A DNA stretch of 63,994 nt, the filler included, from Sanchytrium tribonematis (Eukaryota): NCBI GenBank assembly GCA_018985235.1. It is 11 parts of 11 records of this genome, joined end to end, with 100 filler letters (N's around TTAATTAATTAA, not from the genome) between each part and the next. Parts side by side here need not be neighbours in the genome. Positions count along the whole stretch, not along the records: positions 1 to 5,896 come from JADGIG010000570.1; positions 5,997 to 11,872 come from JADGIG010000571.1; 9 more parts are not named here. One strand, written 5' to 3'. Position 1 is the first letter of the stretch. Each line of letters begins with the position of its first letter. Below are positions 1 through 10,098 of this stretch, piece by piece. The notes under the pieces were generated by a model that saw only the letters and a program-made list of their open reading frames with translations, searched no databases and was not told where the DNA came from. Both the position numbers and the translations under genes were made by a program.

Positions 1-46
1 AATTGCCAACTATGAAAGCGATGAACTTGAAGAATAAATTTTACTT

Positions 47-1300
47 TTAGTCAACTCTAGTTTCCAAAAATCCCTTGATAGCAGCACCCATTGATGTTAG
101 ATCAAGTAAGAAGGTATCATGACCATAGATTGAATCAATCTCATAAAACGTCACATGATTATTGCCACTTTTTTTTAATTTGTCAGCAAGTTCTCGCTGT
201 TGTTCAATGGGAAACAAAATATCAGTTTTAACACCCATGATCAATATGGGCTGATTAACAAATTTCAAAGACTGGACTATATGGTCTGTCTCGCCGTATA
301 TGAATGTATCGTCACGTCTTTCTAAATAAGAAGGACAAAATTCTTGTAAAGGAGGAACGGAAGGATCTGGCCTTACAAGTCGTTCTCTTATGTATTCATT
401 TGGGTGATATATACTACTTATATCAAATAAATCCATTGATTTTGAAAGGTATAATAGAGAATTGGGGTCATACCCTTCACTGTATTTTTCGCCTTGATAA
501 TCCAAGTAAGTTTCTATTAAAAATTCGGGTTTATGCAAAGTCGGATTGGCACCTATTGATTCCAATTGACGCTTTCTTGCATATCTTTGTTCCCATTCTG
601 GCCCAGATCTATAACTGATGGTTGCCAGCATTCTGGCCAGTTTCATTCCATCTTTAGGAAATTCTGAATCGTAATAATTGCCATTATTCCATTTTTTATC
701 AGAAATCAGTATTTGTCTTTGAGCAGAGCGTAGACCTATGGCATATGGATGGGTTGCAGAACAAGACGATATCGATATGACCGAGGATACTTCGGGATAT
801 AAGGCAGCGAATGCCAAAGAGGCCATTCCACCTTTAGAAGAACCCACTACAGCATGTATTTGATTTTCTACACCTAGGTACTGAAGTAGTTGATATTGTG
901 CTCTGGCTTGATCAAATATTGTAACGACTGGAAAATCAAGTTTATACCTTTCTCCATTATCTTTAAAGGACATCGGACCGGTAGATCCAAAACATCCACC
1001 AATATAGTTTGCGCAAACAATATGAAATTTGTTAGTATCCAGGGGACGGTCAGGTCCAATAAATTTTTCCCACCACCCGATTTCTCGATTACCACCTAAG
1101 CCATCTTTCAAATTATTGTTTGAACAGGCATGCATTGATGCTGATAGCCCAGTAAATAGTAAAATGGTAGGGTTTGCAATTTTGCCCCAACTCTCGTATG
1201 CAATTCGCAGATCCTTAAACTTGTAATTTGTATCCGTGTAAAAGTTATTTCTGTGATGGTAAATGCTAAATTTGAGATTTCTTAAAATATTTTTATTCAT
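47..1300 (-). CDS. CYS2: Serine/homoserine O-acyltransferase (Cys2/Met2 family, alpha/beta hydrolase)
   Basis: Motifs LFTGLSASMHA, GWWEKFIGP, GGCFGSTGP, nucleophile VGSSKGGM, TDILFP and YGHDTFLLD. TGLSAS and SYRSGPEW are typical of the fungal Cys2 subfamily. Confidence 0.85.
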   Translation of the reverse strand: MNKNILRNLKFSIYHHRNNFYTDTNYKFKDLRIAYESWGKIANPTILLFTGLSASMHACSNNNLKDGLGGNREIGWWEKFIGPDRPLDTNKFHIVCANYIGGCFGSTGPMSFKDNGERYKLDFPVVTIFDQARAQYQLLQYLGVENQIHAVVGSSKGGMASLAFAALYPEVSSVISISSCSATHPYAIGLRSAQRQILISDKKWNNGNYYDSEFPKDGMKLARMLATISYRSGPEWEQRYARKRQLESIGANPTLHKPEFLIETYLDYQGEKYSEGYDPNSLLYLSKSMDLFDISSIYHPNEYIRERLVRPDPSVPPLQEFCPSYLERRDDTFIYGETDHIVQSLKFVNQPILIMGVKTDILFPIEQQRELADKLKKSGNNHVTFYEIDSIYGHDTFLLDLTSMGAAIKGFLETRVD

Positions 1301-1345
1301 AATGACCGATTGGAGAGTTTTGGAAAAGTTTTTGTAACGATAAAA

Positions 1346-2960
1346 ATGAGTTTACATCATTTAACACCGTTGCAAGTGATTCAAATGAGTATTACCCAAC
1401 CTCAAATTGATTCGATTAAACGATTGAATAAACCAGCTTCCAATTCAATCGCCTTGGAGGTTGGCTCACCCGGATATGCGCAAGAATTAATCAAGTATTG
1501 GGAGTCCATTCAAGGATCTCTGCCTGATAGATTGAAATTTGCAAAAGAACTTAAAAATGATGTCTTTAAAGGATATTCTATATTTACCGCGTTTGCAAAT
1601 TTAAGTTTAAACGCTGGCGAATCTCTCACTTCCGCCAAATCAATTCATGAGTTTTTGACCTATGCTAAGCTTAATGCCCAACCATTCACAGAAAGCATGT
1701 GCCTTATTGTACTACTAAAATTGTATAGGACACAGCCTATGTTAGGCTACTCTTTGCTGGAAAAATACTCGAAAAAAGACGAGTTGGAGTGGCAATTACC
1801 TACTTGCTTCACGACTTGTCCGTCAACTTTATCCGCACGATTTTATTACTATGGTTCCTGGTATCTTGGTACAGTTGGCCGTATATCATTAGCACTTAAA
1901 TGGATACAAGAAGGAATGCGTCTGGTTCCTATCCCAAGCGAACCTAAGATTGAGACTCCTGAGGATGGTAAAGATGCAAAAGGGGATAAATCGTCAGATT
2001 CTCCCAAAAAGAAAGAATCAAAACCTGACAAAAAAGTCGCCAAAACTGAGGCCGATTCAAAGAAGGAAAAAGGAGATGCTATGGATATCGATGCAGTTCC
2101 AGCTGAAAAGTCTCCCATTAAACCTCGCCCAACGTCCTTATTTAAAGTTGACAAAGAGGCTCATAAAAAAGGCCGTAATGGTTTCTTGCTGGCGTGTACC
2201 AAATTACTAATTTCCTGCCATTTATTAATGGGTGATATCCCAGAGAAAATTATTTTTAAACAAGTTCACGATAAATCTAATCCATTATTCTATTATAAGG
2301 AAATATGTAAAGCTATAAAATTTGGCGACATGCAGTCTTACTCTAGCACTTTGAAAAATAATATTGGACTATTTGAGGATGATTATACCTTTTCTTTCAT
2401 GCTTAGATTAAAACCGGCCGTAAGAAAGTCTGCTATTAAATCAATTATGAATGTTTATTCCTGCATAAGCCTCAAAGATATGGCAACCATGATTACCAAT
2501 ATGTCCTCCTCTTCCAAAGACGGTATTTTATTTTAATTAAGAAATGTTGGTAGATATAACTGAACATGAATTAGAGTATATGGTAGGAAAATGCATTGAA
2601 GAAGGAATCGTTTCAGGCTGTGTTGATCATACTAGTGGAGTGGTTTACTCTGGAATGAAAATTCCAGTTCCAAAATTAACTCCTGGACAAACACCGAATA
2701 GTGTAGTCGATGCTAGTGCTCCTACTGATTCTGCATTTGCTTCTTCCTTATTCGACCCTACCATTTCTTTCAAAAAAACTGTGGATCAATACCACGACCG
2801 TATCACTTATTGTCACCAAATTCATAATGCTGCTGTACAAGCTATGAAATATAAAGTAGAGAAAAATCCTTTAAAAGAGATGGAAGAAGCCAGAGAACAA
2901 GAAAGAGAGCTTTTCAAAGATATTGAAGAAGGCGAACTTGACGATGAAATGGATTTTTGA
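1346..2960 (+). CDS. RPN3: 26S proteasome lid subunit Rpn3; exons 1346-2522 and 2542-2960
   Basis: ARFYYYG, PCI domain (VYSCISLKDMA...LEYMVGKCIEEGIV), C-terminal QYHDRITYCHQIHNAAVQAMKY and acidic tail. A 19-nt intron joins two ORFs in frame. Confidence 0.85.
2523..2541 (+). other. 19-nt spliceosomal intron (RPN3)
   Basis: GTATTTTATTTTAATTAAG; removal gives GAC G|AA ATG. It ends in AAG, and an in-frame TAG acceptor at 2553 (31 nt) is an alternative. Confidence 0.7.
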
Positions 2961-2992
2961 TTCTAAAGTAAATAAATCTTGATCAAGGAGGC

Positions 2993-3763
2993 ATGACACA
3001 TCAATTTCTACCGTGGCATCCGAAATCTTTTTTTCGACACCTGAGTTCCATATTAGTTTTAGGCAGCGTTGGTGGACTATCAAAATTAGCTCTAAAGCGG
3101 CACAGCGTTGAAGTCATAAATTATAATTTACTAGAAAAATATGTCTTGAATCGAAAAAGGCCTGTAATCACTATTTCAAACCACTTAAGTACGTTAGATG
3201 ACCCACTATTATTTGGAATTTTGCCCTTGAGGTTTCTCTTTAGTCCCGAAAAAATGAGGTTTGTTCCTGGTGCGCAAGAACTGACTTTTGATATAAATTC
3301 TTGGTTTTTCAACAGCGGACAGCTCATACCAATTGAAAGAGGAAAAGGAATTTGGCAGAGGGGTGTTGATTGCTGCATTGATAAGATAGATTCTGATAAT
3401 GCTTGGATTCATTTGTATCCTGAAGGAAAAGTCAATCAAAATATTTCTAAATGTATTAGATTCAAATGGGGAATATCTAGAATAATTATGGAAAGCAAAA
3501 TTAAGCCTTTAATTGTACCATTTGCGCATTCAGGGATGCAGAGCTTGATGCCATTAGACAAGAATACCCGAGAAAATTTAAATACCATTCCGACTGCTGG
3601 TGGACGAATCAAAATTGCATTTGGAGAACCAATTGATATATCCCATATTTTGTCACAATGTAAAAATTCTAAAGACAAGAAAAGCAGAATCCTATTGACG
3701 TCATATATTCAAGATGAATTCGAAAAATTTCGTCAACTTCATGGAATGAATCTAGAATTGTAA
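2993..3763 (+). CDS. TAZ1: Tafazzin (lyso-phospholipid acyltransferase)
   Basis: ITISNHLSTLDDP, IERGKGIWQRGVD, WIHLYPEGKVNQ, RFKWGISRII. Confidence 0.93.
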   Translation: MTHQFLPWHPKSFFRHLSSILVLGSVGGLSKLALKRHSVEVINYNLLEKYVLNRKRPVITISNHLSTLDDPLLFGILPLRFLFSPEKMRFVPGAQELTFDINSWFFNSGQLIPIERGKGIWQRGVDCCIDKIDSDNAWIHLYPEGKVNQNISKCIRFKWGISRIIMESKIKPLIVPFAHSGMQSLMPLDKNTRENLNTIPTAGGRIKIAFGEPIDISHILSQCKNSKDKKSRILLTSYIQDEFEKFRQLHGMNLEL

Positions 3764-3808
3764 TTTATTTGAAAATTTGTTTTAGCTTAATAAACTATAA
3801 ACACGGAG

Positions 3809-4821
3809 ATGGCTTCAACATTGAATTTTCTACTTTCGGTATCGATTTTTTACTTAGATAAGTGGAATCTATGCTTGCTTTCTTAGTTGGGGTATTTTGC
3901 AAGAATCTCTAAGTACGAAATCATATGACGGCGCCAAATTTTCTCATTTTACGTTGCTTAATTTAATTCAAGCCATATTTGCGTGTTTTGTTGGAGCTTT
4001 GTATTCTAAGTTATATGGATTAAATCTAACCTTTTACAGGGACTACTTTATTGTAGCCCTATCATCTTCGTTGGCATCACCAATTGGATATATAAGCTTA
4101 AAATACATAAATTACCCGGTATTAGAATTTAACGTAGACTTTCTTGCTGGCCAAAAGTTGCAAGCTTCTTCCTTTGATGTTTGTTAGCAGAGTCTTCTTT
4201 CAGAGAAAATTTGCATTATATCAATATTTAAGTGTTGTTCTTATTTCTCTCGGTGTCTCTCTATTTATGTTTTTGCAGTCAAATAAGAAGAAAGATGATG
4301 TCAATAACTCTTGGTTTGGTGTAGGATTAGTTTTATTCAATTTATTTTTAGATGGATTTACAAATTCTAAGCAAGACAATTTATTTGTGAAGCATAAAGC
4401 CTTAACCTCCAAGCAGCTCATGTTTGGAATGAACGCCGCGTCTGCTGTTTGGATGCTATTGTATCTACTCTATGAAGGCGGCGAGCTCTATGACGGATTG
4501 CAACTACTTCAACAACATCCAAAAATTTTGGTCGATGTTTTATCTTTCTGTGTCGCAGGCGCAATCGGTCAAATTTTTATATTTCATACCCTTGAGAATT
4601 TTGGCAGCAGAACTCTGGTGACGGTCAATGTTACTAGAAAGATGTTTTCAATTTTGTTGTCTGTCTTTTGGTTTGCTCATGGAGTTAATCTTAGTCAATG
4701 GCTTGCTGTAGCACTAGTATTTGGTGGCATACTATTGGAATCTCTCATGAAGTCTAAAGCAGTGGAAGTACGCAAAGAAGAAAATGTAACTGTCATTTCA
4801 AAAGGCAAAAAGAGAGACTAA
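3809..4821 (+). CDS. HUT1: UAA-family nucleotide-sugar transporter (Hut1/SLC35B1); exons 3809-3838, 3858-4118, 4138-4821
   Basis: The spliced product restores GIYACFLSWGILQE and YINYP|TFLLAKSCKLLP; also LDGFTNSKQD and VTVNVTRKMFS. Confidence 0.9.
3839..3857 (+). other. 19-nt spliceosomal intron (HUT1 intron 1)
   Basis: GTATCGATTTTTTACTTAG; links ATG 3809 to the conserved frame (TCG|ATA). Confidence 0.85.
4119..4137 (+). other. 19-nt spliceosomal intron (HUT1 intron 2)
   Basis: GTATTAGAATTTAACGTAG; restores YP|TFLLAKSCK with canonical spacing. Confidence 0.95.
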
Positions 4822-4829
4822 AAATAAAT

Positions 4830-5306
4830 TTAATTTAAAAGATCATCCATAGTAATGTCTAGCTCTACCAAATCGTAATCAAAAGAGCTTTCAAGTTCTA
4901 GTGGAATAAATTTGGTTGCCAAAGCTCTATGGCTTGATTTTCTTTTTAAAATAGAGTCAAGCCTTAATATTCGCCAGTCATTGTGTTTTGATGATAATGC
5001 ACTTGCAACTTTCGAATTCAAACTGATGACATTTTTTTTCTGTGCAATAATTTTGTAAACTATTTGTGGGAACAAATTTCCAGCTAATCTCATGCGAAAA
5101 TAAATGATCTGTGACTTTGAGATTAAATCATATTCACTTTTCTTCAATATTTTTAATAGTAGTGATTTGGAATCCATTTTTTCCAACTGTCTTATGACAT
5201 CTCGCAAATATCTGTATTTAGAGTAAACTAGATATCCTAGTACACATGGATTAATGTCATTTGAGTTGGTATTGTAATGATGTAGCATACAAATCTTTTG
5301 AAACAA
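4830..5306 (-). CDS. Possible MFI/C11orf65-like protein (start uncertain)
   Basis: YRYLRDVI...FRMRLAGNLFPQIVYKI...NDWR resembles the RFRLGG..FPP.IYYKI motif of this family. Confidence 0.4.
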   Translation of the reverse strand: MFQKICMLHHYNTNSNDINPCVLGYLVYSKYRYLRDVIRQLEKMDSKSLLLKILKKSEYDLISKSQIIYFRMRLAGNLFPQIVYKIIAQKKNVISLNSKVASALSSKHNDWRILRLDSILKRKSSHRALATKFIPLELESSFDYDLVELDITMDDLLN

Positions 5307-5385
5307 ACTCTCACTAATGCCAATTATACATAGAAGTAATCATAGAGTAAACTTTTCCTAGTTTCAGATCGATTTCCATTTTCGA

Positions 5386-5763
5386 ATGGATAGAATTGAA
5401 ATGGTACAACTTAGAGCAGAAATAGAGAAGAAAAAGAGAAGAAAAGTAACTCAAAAAAAACTAGCTTCGAAACCTGATAAATTGGCATTAAAAGACGTTT
5501 CAAAAGAGTCTAATCAGGAAATTGCTAGATCTAAAGGCAAATTTTTTGATGCCAAAAGGGAAAATAGAGTTCTGGGAGCTGGACATATAAATCTAAGCCA
5601 TGACCAAGAAGAAAGGCAGGTTGAAATGAATGAGCTGGACGCTTTCAGACTTCAGACATTAAAAATGCAGAATGACAAGGAATTAAGACTACATAAGAGG
5701 GATTTAGAAAAACAAAAACGCCTAAATAAGATTAAACAAATTCAAAAAAATTTATCGGGTTAA
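5386..5763 (+). CDS. Charged coiled-coil protein of unknown function
   Basis: 125-aa K/E/R-rich ORF, divergent from the previous gene. Confidence 0.55.
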   Translation: MDRIEMVQLRAEIEKKKRRKVTQKKLASKPDKLALKDVSKESNQEIARSKGKFFDAKRENRVLGAGHINLSHDQEERQVEMNELDAFRLQTLKMQNDKELRLHKRDLEKQKRLNKIKQIQKNLSG

Positions 5764-5896
5764 AAGTGACTTCAAGATACTAATCTGGGTCGATTTTTCA
5801 GAGTAAGCCTAAATTAGTTGAAAAAACCTCGAAAAAATATCCGAATTCTTTTTGAATGATTCTTTCAAGAGCGGGTTGAGCTGTGACTCGTCTAAC

Positions 5897-5996
5897 NNNN
5901 NNNNNNNNNNNNNNNNNNNNNNNNNNNNNNNNNNNNNNNNTTAATTAATTAANNNNNNNNNNNNNNNNNNNNNNNNNNNNNNNNNNNNNNNNNNNN
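5897..5996. other. Artificial contig spacer (also 11873-11972, 17847-17946, 23800-23899, 29727-29826, 35654-35753, 41576-41675, 47489-47588, 53348-53447, 59187-59286)
   Basis: Identical 44N-TTAATTAATTAA-44N blocks with stops in all six frames. Contig lengths fall monotonically (5876, 5874, 5853, 5827, 5827, 5822, 5813, 5759, 5739). Confidence 0.98.
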
Positions 5997-6876
5997 GAGT
6001 GAATGGCAAAGTCTTATTTTTGAGAACTGCCCCGATAGTACTGACTCACTATTGGATATTTTGATCATTGATGAATTTTCAATGATTGATTTGGAACTAT
6101 TTGAAAAAATCTTAGAGATAATGAGGCACAAGACTTATAAAAATACAAAGCTGCTGCTTTTTGGAGACCCACAGCAGCTGCCACCAGTTTCTGGATATTG
6201 CTTTTATTCGTCAACAGCGTTCAAATTCTTTATACGACACGAGCTCACTGTAAATCAAAGAGCAAAAGAGGACACAGAACTAACGAGGGTAGTGTCAAAT
6301 TTTTATAACACAAAGATACCAGAAAAAGAAAGAATTAATAAGATTCTTAATTTCATTAATGACAGAGTAACAAACCAGTCTTATGAATTGGATGCTCCAT
6401 ATATATATGCAACTAACCGCGCATGTGAGCAGCATAACAATAATATGATAAATATGCTTAAAAATCCTATTAAAGAAATCAAATTTTACACATCAAATAA
6501 GTTTAATTCATATTTCGATCTGAAGAAGAATTCGGCCTTAAAAACCAAATTTAGATATCTGCCCATTTTGAGACTGTGTGAAGGCGCTCGTGTTTCTCTT
6601 TTGAAGAATCTAGATGTAAAATCTGGACTCGTGAATGGATCAATTGGAGTCGTCAAGGAAATTAATTTAAATACTAAAGGTTCATTTATCAAGGTTGCAT
6701 TTATATGTAAAAAGGGAACTCTTGTAATAACTCTAAAGCCAGCATATGAAGTATATGGGGGATATCGTCTGGATCAGTTTCCAATTATGCCTGCATATGC
6801 CCTCACAATACATAGAGTACAAGGAATGACTTTATCTCAGGTTATTGTAGGGAATTTAAAGCAATTTACAAAATAA
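5997..6876 (+). pseudogene. PIF1-family DNA helicase, 5' cut by the contig edge and lacking motif VI
   Basis: ILIIDEFSMI, LLFGDPQQLPPV, LTVNQRA, LLKNLDVKSGLVNGSIG, QFPIMPAYALTIHRVQGMTL, then a stop before the expected GQxYVALSR. Confidence 0.8.
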
Positions 6877-7574
6877 TAACATCACAGATGTCAGTGTTAC
6901 CAATGTCTTACAGCTTGGAACAAATTGCAGTTTGGCAAATAATCCAATGGCACCTGGAGTGTTTGGTAAAACATTTAAAAAACTATGCAATTTGAATGGC
7001 ATTTACGTAAGCAAGAATAGCACGTGTAGAATCATTACGCTTGATGAATTATTGCACCCAGTTAGATCAACTACGGAAAAGAACACTTTTATCCCAATGA
7101 CATCCATTTCTGCTCCACTTTCGAAGACGACAAGTCTGCCGATTTTATACTCTAGTGATACTGATTATAAAAGCGATCTAACTTCATTTCAATCTCCAAT
7201 TATCAAATCGGAGAATTCCTTTATTATTTTAAATGATACCTCAACAGACTCCCCCTCTAATACTGCTTTGTTTTTGATAACCCGTAATTCTATATCATTT
7301 AGGACCAATTCGAACCAGTACAGATACTAACATTCCTTTGCAAAAGATGTATTCTTCAGGAACATCTATTAAAAGTGATTTTACATCTACAGAAAAATTG
7401 AAAATAGAAGCTGGAAATTGGAAAATTGACTCGTTTAGGATCAACTTGTCGCTTTTAATGACACTTAGAGTCGCCATCAACGCTATGATTATTGGGATTG
7501 TTGCGAGTAAAACTCCCATTCGAAAATCTTCCAAAGAAGTCAGAAATCACAAAGTTACGGCGATGAGTCCCTAA
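6860..7574 (+). pseudogene. 3' part of an LRR-like / Ser-Thr stalk / TM surface protein gene with no 5' end; intron 7284-7302
   Basis: LQNNNITDVSV...CSLANNPM...CNLNGIY cap, S/T-rich stalk, then a hydrophobic segment (LLMTLRVAINAMIIGIVASKTP) and basic tail. The two frames are joined by a 19-nt intron. Confidence 0.55.
7284..7302 (+). other. 19-nt spliceosomal intron
   Basis: GTAATTCTATATCATTTAG; ACC C|GA CCA joins ORF 6932-7330 to ORF 7338-7574. Confidence 0.8.
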
Positions 7575-7587
7575 TAAACTTAAGAAT

Positions 7588-8925
7588 CTATTTCTTTTTA
7601 TTTGCTAATATATCATGATAGAACCGTGGAAAGTTGTTATCCATCAACATTTTAGAAACTTCCCGCGCTATTGGATTTAACAATCCTAATTCCAATCTTT
7701 CTTGTTCTAAAGCCAATTTGAATTCATCCCTTAAATCCATTGGTAAATTCAACTCATACGTGGCATTAGATCGAATAAAATCATTGTAAATGGTTTTCAA
7801 ATCATTTTCAATGGCGAAATCGGCTACCAAGTACTTTTTGAATTGGTCAAACATGGCTGAATTTTCAATTGTTTTTTGAAACTGAGATTGCATGTCCACG
7901 TATTCAGATTCACTTCTTTTGATTTCACGTTGCGTGATATTGTGTTTGTAGATTTCTATTAATCCATTGATGCCGGGGATTAATAGACAAGTGGTAGCTA
8001 AACTGAGTAACATCAAAATAATCCATAAATCACTTCCAAAGACGATTTCAAAAGATTGACCAGTCTCTGTATTTTTAATACTTAGATTGATGACATATAA
8101 AGCCATAAAGAATACAATCTCGAAGCTGACCCACATCATTTCTTTTTTAATCCCAAAATTCTCATTCACGTGTTGAACACTTAAAATGAACCAAGGTAAA
8201 ACGAGGATACCCATTGATGCGATGCCCATAATAGCAATATAATTGGTCATCGGACATGGTTCCACATCTCCCAAGTGGTCTTTATTAAGAGATATCGTGA
8301 TAATGAGCAGCAAACATTCAAAAATACAAACTACTAAAAATGACTTGACAACCCCAAAAAATGAGATTTGATTCTGTGCTCTTGCGAAATCTAATAGCTT
8401 ATTCTTGACATTCTTGAATGAGACTCGACTTGTGTCTGATTTAATCGAGTAAGTCTCGAATTTATCCATATTTTCATTCTTTGGAGCTAAAAAGGTCGCT
8501 ACATGTGTATTTATGAATCTAAGTAAATCATCTACTCGTGTATACGACCATACCAAAGTATCATCTCGATTGGACTTCTCAGATATAAAATATTTGGCCA
8601 AATGAGCTTTACAAATCAACACGACATGCGCACATCTCACAAAAAAGTAAACAAAGAATGTCGGTGCTGTTAAATGTAAAATAGTCACCCATTGCGTACA
8701 TGTGGTCTTGTAATCTGTTGTTTCTTCTGTCACTGGATCTTTTGACGCGTATCCCAGGTTTAATTGACTTATGTTCAATAAAATGATTAATGGAATGACC
8801 ATAAATAGCGTCGTAACGGGCAGTCTATTGCGTATAATGTTTGATCTTTGTGCTGATATGAATGTAATGATGCATATTAAACAGTAAAGATTCGAGAAAA
8901 CCAAACTCAAAGTCAAAATCAACAT
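7588..8925 (-). CDS. 7TM receptor fused to a C-terminal RGS domain (GprK/AtRGS1-like architecture)
   Basis: About 7 hydrophobic segments with IRNRLP and VNENFGIKKEM, then FDQFKKYLVADFAIEN...IYNDFIRSNATYELNLP...MLMDNNFPRF. Confidence 0.8.
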   Translation of the reverse strand: MLILTLSLVFSNLYCLICIITFISAQRSNIIRNRLPVTTLFMVIPLIILLNISQLNLGYASKDPVTEETTDYKTTCTQWVTILHLTAPTFFVYFFVRCAHVVLICKAHLAKYFISEKSNRDDTLVWSYTRVDDLLRFINTHVATFLAPKNENMDKFETYSIKSDTSRVSFKNVKNKLLDFARAQNQISFFGVVKSFLVVCIFECLLLIITISLNKDHLGDVEPCPMTNYIAIMGIASMGILVLPWFILSVQHVNENFGIKKEMMWVSFEIVFFMALYVINLSIKNTETGQSFEIVFGSDLWIILMLLSLATTCLLIPGINGLIEIYKHNITQREIKRSESEYVDMQSQFQKTIENSAMFDQFKKYLVADFAIENDLKTIYNDFIRSNATYELNLPMDLRDEFKLALEQERLELGLLNPIAREVSKMLMDNNFPRFYHDILANKKK

Positions 8926-8995
8926 GTGGCTTGATTGTTTGAGCCATTTCAAATTTCGAAACAAATGTGGCTTGTCTCCATTTCAAGAGCTAGAA

Positions 8996-9817
8996 ATGGT
9001 GCTTTTACGTGACAATCCGGACATCTATCTGACCATCTTCATCCTGTTTTACGCATTAGGATTCGCGTTGTTTATTGCATTCAGAAATTCCCTCATTATC
9101 AAAAATAGACAACCCAAATTGGTGATTTTCGAGAATATCACCATTTCAATCAATGGAATCTTCAATATTGTCATCTATTTCAAATCAGTAGAACGCGCAT
9201 TATCCTGTGAAACTTATCAATATCTCGCTAGCGTGTTTGGAAGTGTTTCTCTCTCTTTATTAGTGGTTAGAATGAGTTTTGTCTATCAATACTTGATGAA
9301 AGAATCTGATTTACGCTCTTATGATGGTTTATTAGTCATTTCCAAATGGTTTTGGACGAGACGCGGTACTTTAAAGAAATTAAATTTATGCGCTTTAATT
9401 TCTGGTATTTCCATTTGTAGTTTTATCAATACTGGAATGTTTGCATGGAATAACGGCAAAGCATGGGGCACTACGCCATTACCAAATTGTCTTCAAAGCA
9501 CCATTGTATTCGTCACAGCGTACAATATCCTCGTCCAAATTTTATTTTTAGCGTATTCTTTCCAATTCATCAAATTCAAAATTTATGATCAAATTCTCAT
9601 GTCTGTCGAATTAACCTGCTTCACAATCACCCTCTTTTTCGCCACAATCATTTATTTGTTAGTCACAGGCCGTATTAATGCAGATATGGTCATTATGCAA
9701 ACTTGGATTTGTTTATGCTATGGCTTATACTTTCCCATTTTTGTCATTATGAAGCATAAAAAGAAAATTAAACGACAATCTTCAAAAATGACATTGGTAG
9801 ACGACAAGGTCATTTAA
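8996..9817 (+). CDS. 7TM protein related to the neighbour but lacking RGS
   Basis: Hydrophobic helices. IIKNRQP and IYDQILMSVEL match IIRNRLP and VNENFGIKKEM of the adjacent gene. Confidence 0.65.
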   Translation: MVLLRDNPDIYLTIFILFYALGFALFIAFRNSLIIKNRQPKLVIFENITISINGIFNIVIYFKSVERALSCETYQYLASVFGSVSLSLLVVRMSFVYQYLMKESDLRSYDGLLVISKWFWTRRGTLKKLNLCALISGISICSFINTGMFAWNNGKAWGTTPLPNCLQSTIVFVTAYNILVQILFLAYSFQFIKFKIYDQILMSVELTCFTITLFFATIIYLLVTGRINADMVIMQTWICLCYGLYFPIFVIMKHKKKIKRQSSKMTLVDDKVI

Positions 9818-10098
9818 ATTCATTTAGGTTCATTTATTATGCAAACAATTTTATTGTGAAGAATGTTTTTTATTTATTGAAGCGTACGAGAAATATTTAA
9901 GCAAGAAAACCACTATCGAGTACATTTCAACCAATTTTATTGAAGTCAATTCAATTTATGAGTTGAATATTTCTTCAGATTTACGTAATTCGTTCTTGAA
10001 TTCTGTTGATAAAGATGTGTATTTGACTAAAATACATAAAGAAATGCAATTATTGGTGATTCAGAATATTATGCCATATTTGAAATAAATGATTGAAT

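Noticed and set aside
815..850. Possible genetic code change (AAA at a conserved Met position)
   Set aside because: Single instance. Other conserved Met residues use ATG, AAA encodes conserved Lys elsewhere, and TAA, TAG and TGA all act as stops.
5310..5335. 16- or 22-nt intron extending the 4830-5306 gene upstream
   Set aside because: Both are in frame but lack the -6 A signal, and no conserved motif supports them.
5897..5996. Regularly spaced TTAATTAATTAA palindromes flanked by N
   Set aside because: Artificial concatenation spacers. Genes on either side are not neighbours, and ORFs running into X residues are artefacts.
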